From Campylobacterota bacterium (lineage in GTDB: Bacteria; Campylobacterota; Campylobacteria; Campylobacterales; Sulfurovaceae), in contig JAYEOM010000101.1 in the NCBI GenBank assembly GCA_034722955.1, forward strand, positions 1 through 12,193: DNA of 12,193 nt, given 5' to 3'. The notes under the pieces were generated by a model. It had not been told where the DNA came from. It did not search any database and worked only from the letters and a program-made list of their open reading frames with translations. Of the stretch, positions 1-5,105 are shown in pieces. Within the stretch, counting starts at the first letter, position 1; each line of letters opens with the position of its first letter. Position numbers and translations under genes: made by a program.

Positions 1-610
1 TCTCATAAGGGAAACGGCAATCATTAGCACAGCTTCCTCTATTGGGGACGCGTCCTTTTTGTAAAGCAGAGACCAAGCATCTTCCACTATATGCAAAACA
101 CATAGAGCCATGTACAAATATCTCTAATTCTAGTTTAGGTATCACAGACTTAATCGCTTCGCAATCTTTGAGGCTTATCTCACGAGCAACAATAATGCGT
201 TCAACTCCCATGTCATAATAGACCTCCGCGTCCATTGCGTTCATTACATTTGCTTGGGTAGAGAGATGTATAGGGATATTGGGTGCTATTCTAGCTGCCA
301 TTTTGACCACTCCTGGGCTAGATACAATGAGAGCATCAGGAGCTAGCTCTGCCATCTTGGCTATATGGTTTTCGTAGAGTTTGAGCTGTGAGTTGAAAGG
401 GAAACTATTGATAGTACAGTAGACCTTTTTACCCAAGGAGTGTGCATACTCTATACCCTCTGCATAGGAGTCGATATCAAACTCTTTGCCAGAGCGAATA
501 CGCAGAGAAAAGGTACTCGTGCCTCCATAGACTGCGTCAGCACCATAGCCTAGTGCGATTTTGAGTTTTTCGAGATTGCCTGCCGGTGCGAGGAGTTCTG
601 CTTTGTGCAA
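1..610 (-). CDS. Peptidase U32 family protein (TrhP/YegQ-like Fe-S tRNA hydroxylation protein), 5' part; runs off the window start
   Basis: Not in the ORF track. Manual translation from TTG at 610 is open to the window edge: MHKAELLAPAGNLEKLKIALGYGADAVYGG...IPIHLSTQAN...RIIVARE...EIFVHGSMCFAYSGRCLVS...PNRGSCANDCRFPYE. ELLAPAG, GADAVY, HLSTQ and the C-x6-C...NRGxC-x3-CR cysteine cluster are U32 hallmarks. AAGG lies 7 nt upstream of the TTG. Confidence 0.95.
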   Translation of the reverse strand, partial: MHKAELLAPAGNLEKLKIALGYGADAVYGGTSTFSLRIRSGKEFDIDSYAEGIEYAHSLGKKVYCTINSFPFNSQLKLYENHIAKMAELAPDALIVSSPGVVKMAARIAPNIPIHLSTQANVMNAMDAEVYYDMGVERIIVAREISLKDCEAIKSVIPKLELEIFVHGSMCFAYSGRCLVSALQKGRVPNRGSCANDCRFPYE

Positions 611-634
611 TATGATGCCTTTTTGCTTATTTGA

Positions 635-870
635 CTGACCTTGCGCACTTACTAATTTTGGAAATGCCTCTGCCTTCGTAGGTGTGACCATGTCACACGA
701 CATGGGGGTATCCCATATATTTACAATGCTCACGACCTCTTATCTATCCGTACACGCTCTTGGCGTGTGACATGGTCACACCTACGGGTACTGTGAATGT
801 CACTCCATTTGTAAGTAAACTATGTCTCACAACCTTCTACTGTGATATTCAATGTAGTGCGTAAGGTCAG
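635..870 (-). mobile_element. MITE copy A (236 bp, non-autonomous, IS4-family-like ends) containing a REP doublet
   Basis: TIRs CTGACCTTGCGCACT (635-649) and AGTGCGTAAGGTCAG (856-870) are 14/15 complementary. A perfect 8-bp direct repeat TTATTTGA abuts both ends (627-634 and 871-878). It is too short to encode a transposase. A second related copy starts at 2561. Confidence 0.9.
677..786. repeat. GTAG-type REP doublet (REPIN-like): two inverted 23-bp REP units with a 64-bp spacer
   Basis: CGTAGGTGTGACCATGTCACACG (677-699) and its exact reverse complement CGTGTGACATGGTCACACCTACG (764-786). Each unit is GTAG followed by the hairpin GTGTGAC-CAT-GTCACAC, with the GTAG tags at the outer 5' ends. 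Confidence 0.88.
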
Positions 871-883
871 TTATTTGAGTACT

Positions 884-896
884 ATTCTACTATAAT
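884..896. promoter_or_regulatory. Candidate back-to-back -10 boxes: TAGAAT on - (889-884, toward the U32 gene) and TATAAT on + (891-896)
   Basis: Hexamer matches in the divergent intergenic region just outside the MITE right TSD. A further TAGAAT lies on + at 963-968, upstream of ORF 996. Motif-only evidence in AT-rich DNA. Confidence 0.4.
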
Positions 897-995
897 TGTC
901 GTAAAAAAGAGATGGGACCTATCACTAAAGGTGTGATTAATCATAGGTTAATAATATTGCAGTAGAATGGGTGACTTAAATTTTAGGTTGTATGG

Positions 996-1193
996 ATGCA
1001 TGAGATAACTTTTTACTTTGTCAATGGTATAGGCGTGAGCTTGGTTTTTGTATTGGGGCATATCGCATATAGATACTATAGGGCTCACAGAACCTATCAG
1101 AGGGATTTTGTCTCTATGAGAGATGAAGGCAGAGTGGTCAACTTCAAAACCAAAAGATCAACTATCCAAGATAAACCCGTCGTCAACTACTAA
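996..1193 (+). CDS. Small hypothetical membrane protein (65 aa), possibly the N-terminal part of a split gene with 1202..2524
   Basis: ATG start, one N-terminal hydrophobic segment (ITFYFVNGIGVSLVFVLGHIAY) followed by basic residues, and AGG upstream. No family recognised. Confidence 0.55.
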   Translation: MHEITFYFVNGIGVSLVFVLGHIAYRYYRAHRTYQRDFVSMRDEGRVVNFKTKRSTIQDKPVVNY

Positions 1194-1201
1194 GAGCCAC
1201 A

Positions 1202-2524
1202 TTGCAAAGAGAAGAGTCTGAGTATGCGAGCTGGATCAGCAATGCATCTGGTAGGCTACAATTTGACCTCACGACACTCGATGGATATAGAAATGATAGA
1301 GTCGTAGGAGATGGCTGGCACACCAATAGAGTCGAGGATGGAAGCCATATACTCTTTGTGACGCTTTTGGCTGATTTGCGTGATCGTTTCGTGAGAGACT
1401 CATCTATCTATAGTCGTATCTTTCTCTATGCCAAAGAGTTTCATAGTGATGACGAGACTTCATATATGCGTGGTAGCTTCTATCTCCTCGATGACTCCCA
1501 ATACCCATCACTCTACAAAGACCACAAAGAGCAGAAGTTTTTGGACGAAATAATCCAATGCTCCCAAGAGAGTATAGCCGATACCCACAAAACCCTCAAG
1601 AGTTATCTAGAGTCGTTATCACCACAGAGATATATCCAAAGAGAGATCCACTTCAAACTCTATCAAAATGGCTATATCTTGCTCAGTTCCAACAATAGTG
1701 ATGTAGCGGATATCAAAAGTGCCTACTTTTTCATCAAGTTTCTCTTTCACAAAGATCGCTTTCATAGTCAAAATGCAGAAAATATAGTCCCTCTCATCAA
1801 GATAGGTGACACACTAGACCTTAGCAGAGTATCAGCAAAGATTTATGAGAGCCTCATAGCCTATGTCGCACAACAGAGGAAGATAGATAGCTCACCCATC
1901 TCACTCTCATGGCTCGATGGGGTATTGCTCTACACCAAAAGCTTCCTACTCATCTCCAAAGAGTTTCTAGGTGAAGAGGCATACAAGCAAAAGAGCGATG
2001 GACTCTCCATCCTCTCCAACACCATCACCGAAGAGCTCAAGAGAAAACCATATAGAGCAAGCACTATCTATCAATTTTTTGAAGACTTTCGACTCTTTGC
2101 CTTTATCATTACGCTTGTATTGGCGATTTTCAAATTTTTTCCAGATGATAAGTTGGCAAACGATATCCTCTTCTATCTACTCCCATCGACACCCACTGGA
2201 ACAGTAGTCGTCATATTGGTCTTTTCTTTTACAGCGACAAGTATCGTGCAGATACTCTACAATGGCACTATGAGCCACTCCTACTTCTCTATTTTCCAAA
2301 AGATATGGAACAATCTACTCTCTTGTATCAATAGACACAGTAAGCCAAATATAGATTCAAAGATAGAAGTTATTCAAAAATATCTCATCCCCTCTATGAT
2401 TCATCTTGAGATGTCTATGAGGAGAAATCTGAGGTGGAGATACAAATTGCTCTTTTTTGTGCTGTTGATGCTTTTGATTATCGGTTCTTTGCTCTACTAT
2501 AACTATCTCTATTTTATGAGTTGA
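1202..2524 (+). CDS. Hypothetical membrane protein (440 aa): soluble N-terminal region plus about 3 C-terminal TM helices
   Basis: Long open frame with hydrophobic segments LFAFIITLVLAIFKFF, TGTVVVILVFSFTATSIVQILY and LLFFVLLMLLIIGSLLYY. The TTG start has no clear SD, so the start is uncertain. No family recognised. Confidence 0.8.
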   Translation: MQREESEYASWISNASGRLQFDLTTLDGYRNDRVVGDGWHTNRVEDGSHILFVTLLADLRDRFVRDSSIYSRIFLYAKEFHSDDETSYMRGSFYLLDDSQYPSLYKDHKEQKFLDEIIQCSQESIADTHKTLKSYLESLSPQRYIQREIHFKLYQNGYILLSSNNSDVADIKSAYFFIKFLFHKDRFHSQNAENIVPLIKIGDTLDLSRVSAKIYESLIAYVAQQRKIDSSPISLSWLDGVLLYTKSFLLISKEFLGEEAYKQKSDGLSILSNTITEELKRKPYRASTIYQFFEDFRLFAFIITLVLAIFKFFPDDKLANDILFYLLPSTPTGTVVVILVFSFTATSIVQILYNGTMSHSYFSIFQKIWNNLLSCINRHSKPNIDSKIEVIQKYLIPSMIHLEMSMRRNLRWRYKLLFFVLLMLLIIGSLLYYNYLYFMS

Positions 2525-2560
2525 GGGAGTGGGTTTTATTCTTTATTTGTTGATTATACA

Positions 2561-2670
2561 CTGACCTTACGCACTTCATTGAATATTACAGTGCGAGGTT
2601 GTGAAACATAGTTTACTTACAGACTGGAGTGACATTCACGGTACCCGCAGAGGCATTTACAAAAAAGGAG
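2561..2670 (+). mobile_element. MITE copy B (decayed, REPIN-free, right TIR eroded)
   Basis: 2561-2646 matches the reverse complement of 786-870 at 77/86 aligned positions (hand count), starting with the intact TIR CTGACCTTACGCACT. 2647-2664 (GCAGAGGCATTTACAAAA) matches the reverse complement of 656-673 at 17/18. Confidence 0.88.
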
Positions 2671-2679
2671 ATATACACC

Positions 2680-3459
2680 ATGAGAACAGACCTGCACAAC
2701 CACACCACACGATGCAACCACGCTACAGGAACAGTAGATGCATATATAGAGAGAGCCATAGAGTTGGGTATAGATATTTATGGATTTAGTGAACATGCAC
2801 CGATGGATTTCGACCCCAATTATCGTCTCAAGTTTGAAGAGATGGATGATTATGTCAACGATATATTAAAAGCCAAAGAGATCTACAACAAGGATATCAA
2901 GATCCTGCTAGGCTATGAGGTTGACTACCTTCCGCAGCATATGGATCAGAGAATACTAAGTGCAAGAGTAGACTATCTCATCGGATCAGTCCACTTCATA
3001 AACAGCTGGGGATTTGACAATCCAGAATTTATCGGTGAGTATAAAAACCGTGATATAGATACTATATGGCAAGAGTATTTTGATGCTATAGAGGCTATGG
3101 CAGATAGTGGGCAGTTTGATATTGTAGGGCATTTTGACCTCATTAAAGTTTTCAAATATATGCCGACAAAAGATATAAGACTTTTAGCAGACAAAGCACT
3201 AAAAATGATCAAAAAATCCAATATGGTTTTAGAGATCAATACAGCTGGACTGCGAAAACCCATCAAAGAGATATACCCCTCTAAACTACTGCTAGAAGAG
3301 GCATACACTCTAGAGATTCCTGTCACATTTGGTTCAGATGCACATGAAGTAGATCAAGTAGGTTTTGCCTATGATCAGGCAGTATCACTGGCAAAATCAG
3401 TTGGATATACAAAAGCTGTTACCTTTGAGCAGAGGGATAGGGAATTGGTTATTTTTTAG
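2680..3459 (+). CDS. hisJ: Histidinol-phosphatase, PHP (HisJ/HisK) family, 259 aa
   Basis: PHP metal motifs DLHNHT, FSEHAP, GYEVDY, IGSVH, VGHFD, LEINTAGLRK and FGSDAH. Start reassigned to ATG 2680 (AAGGAG at 2665-2670, HxH motif right after Met). The GTG at 2629 lies inside MITE copy B. Confidence 0.88.
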   Translation: MRTDLHNHTTRCNHATGTVDAYIERAIELGIDIYGFSEHAPMDFDPNYRLKFEEMDDYVNDILKAKEIYNKDIKILLGYEVDYLPQHMDQRILSARVDYLIGSVHFINSWGFDNPEFIGEYKNRDIDTIWQEYFDAIEAMADSGQFDIVGHFDLIKVFKYMPTKDIRLLADKALKMIKKSNMVLEINTAGLRKPIKEIYPSKLLLEEAYTLEIPVTFGSDAHEVDQVGFAYDQAVSLAKSVGYTKAVTFEQRDRELVIF

Positions 3460-3493
3460 GCACTCAACAAGAAAACCTTACTATTAATATAGG

Positions 3494-3526
3494 TATAATC
3501 TACTGATAAAAATTTTTACTTAGGAG
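3494..3526 (+). promoter_or_regulatory. Candidate glnA -10 box and RBS
   Basis: TATAAT at 3494-3499. AGGAG at 3522-3526, 5 nt before ATG 3532. Confidence 0.6.
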
Positions 3527-3531
3527 AATAC

Positions 3532-4962
3532 ATGGGCAAATTTGTCAATAATGTAGATGAGTTTTATAAATATTGCGAAGCAAACGAGGTTGAGTTTGTA
3601 GATTTTAGATTTACGGATATCAAAGGTGCATGGCACCATATCTCTTACCGTATGAGTGCTGTTCCTGCTGAGATGCTTGAGGCTGGTCTTCCGTTTGATG
3701 GTTCATCTATCGAAAACTGGCAGCCGATCAACAAATCAGATATGCTACTCAAGCCTGATGTTCCTACTGCTTTCCTCGATCCGTTTACTGCTGATAGTAC
3801 GATTATTGTCTTTTGTGATGTTTATGATATCTACAAAGGTGATCTCTACGAGAGATGTCCACGCTCTATCGCCAAAAAAACACTTGCATATATGGAAGAG
3901 GAAAATATAGGTGATGAAGCATTTTTTGGTCCGGAAAATGAGTTTTTTATCTTTGACAATGTACAAATCTGGTCAGGTATCAACGAAACAGGATATAGAG
4001 TTGACTCTGAGGAGGGGGAGTGGAACTACTCAACCTCTTATGGCGAGATGGGCAACATGGGTCACAGGCCAGGTACAAAAGGTGGCTATTTCCCTGTGAT
4101 GCCAACAGACTCCATGGTAGATCTCCGTGCAGAGATGATGCAAATCTTGGAAGAGATAGGACTTACTGTAATACTAGGTCACCACGAAGTTGCACAAGCC
4201 CAAGGTGAGATAGGTATCAAATTTGGTAATATGATCGAAGCAGCAGACAATGTCCAAAAATACAAATATGTTGTCAAAATGGTAGCACACCTCAATGGCA
4301 AAACCGCTACATTTATGCCAAAGCCACTATACGGTGACAATGGTAACGGTATGCATGTCCACCAATCTATCTGGAGAGATGGCAAAAACCTATTCTATAA
4401 AGAGGGTGAATATGCAAACCTCAGCCAGACAGCACTTCACTATCTAGGCGGTATCTTCAATCACTCAGCAGCAGTTTCTGCTTTCACCAACCCAAGCACC
4501 AACTCATACAAGAGACTTGTCCCGGGCTTTGAAGCACCATCTATCCTGACCTATTCAAGCCAAAACAGATCAGCTGCTTGTCGTATCCCTTATGGTGCAG
4601 GTGAGATGGCTACGAGAATCGAGACTAGATTCCCAGACTCTACTTCATGTCCTTACCTCTGTTTTGCTGTATTGATGCTAGCTGGAATCGACGGTATCAA
4701 ACAGCAGTCTGTACCGGTAGGACCTATGGATATCGATCTATTTGAACTGACTCTTGATGAGATCAAAGAGAAAAATATCCCACAAATGCCTCGTACACTC
4801 AGAGAGTCGCTTGAGGGTCTTAGGGGAGATTTTGATTTCCTTAGACCAGTCATGAGTGATGAGTTTATCACAACATATAGACAATATATGTTTGCAGCTC
4901 AAGTACACCCAGACGAAGCTAGACCAACAGGATATGAGTTTCACTCTACATACTCCTGCTAA
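3532..4962 (+). CDS. glnA: Glutamine synthetase type I
   Basis: Motifs [75 protein letters not shown] and RIETRFPD. Confidence 0.99.
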   Translation: MGKFVNNVDEFYKYCEANEVEFVDFRFTDIKGAWHHISYRMSAVPAEMLEAGLPFDGSSIENWQPINKSDMLLKPDVPTAFLDPFTADSTIIVFCDVYDIYKGDLYERCPRSIAKKTLAYMEEENIGDEAFFGPENEFFIFDNVQIWSGINETGYRVDSEEGEWNYSTSYGEMGNMGHRPGTKGGYFPVMPTDSMVDLRAEMMQILEEIGLTVILGHHEVAQAQGEIGIKFGNMIEAADNVQKYKYVVKMVAHLNGKTATFMPKPLYGDNGNGMHVHQSIWRDGKNLFYKEGEYANLSQTALHYLGGIFNHSAAVSAFTNPSTNSYKRLVPGFEAPSILTYSSQNRSAACRIPYGAGEMATRIETRFPDSTSCPYLCFAVLMLAGIDGIKQQSVPVGPMDIDLFELTLDEIKEKNIPQMPRTLRESLEGLRGDFDFLRPVMSDEFITTYRQYMFAAQVHPDEARPTGYEFHSTYSC

Positions 4963-4968
4963 CTCCTT

Positions 4969-4992
4969 GAGACATGCCTTTGGGCGTGTCTC
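4969..4992 (+). terminator. GC-rich hairpin just after glnA (terminator or mRNA 3' stabiliser)
   Basis: GAGACATGCC-TTTG-GGCGTGTCTC forms a 10-bp stem with one G-U pair, 6 nt after the stop. There is no clear U-tract, so intrinsic termination is uncertain. Confidence 0.55.
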
Positions 4993-5105
4993 TCCAGATC
5001 ACTGAACTTGTGAACTGTACTTATCGCTTGACACTACCAAACCACAAAAAACAACCAAATCAAGAAGAGTCTACACTCTTAATAGTAGAGACCAAACCTA
5101 CGAGT

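Noticed and set aside
677..786. CRISPR mini-array
   Set aside because: Only two units, in inverted rather than direct orientation, with a 64-bp spacer and no cas genes.
635..2670. Composite transposon made of the two MITE copies carrying the orphan ORFs
   Set aside because: Copy A has its own TSD on both sides, showing independent insertion. The copies differ by about 10 percent, and no shared direct repeat flanks the outer ends.
2665..2682. AAGGAGATATACA matches the T7 gene 10 / pET ribosome-binding leader
   Set aside because: Only 13 nt, with no T7 promoter, lac operator or vector sequence nearby. The flanks are explained by the MITE and the native gene, so it is treated as coincidence.
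2601..2789. 62-aa ORF, and the GTG 2629 extension of the PHP gene
   Set aside because: Both start inside MITE copy B. The 62-aa ORF overlaps hisJ out of frame, and ATG 2680 has the SD and the family-typical N-terminus.
3455..3475. Sigma54 promoter for glnA (TAGGCAC)
   Set aside because: No TTGC -12 element at the required spacing, and a TATAAT box is present instead.
5036..5098. ACCAAACC direct repeat and AAGAGT-CTAC-ACTCTT hairpin between glnA and PBP1A
   Set aside because: Short, low-complexity and weak. It could be a minor minus-strand terminator but is not supportable.
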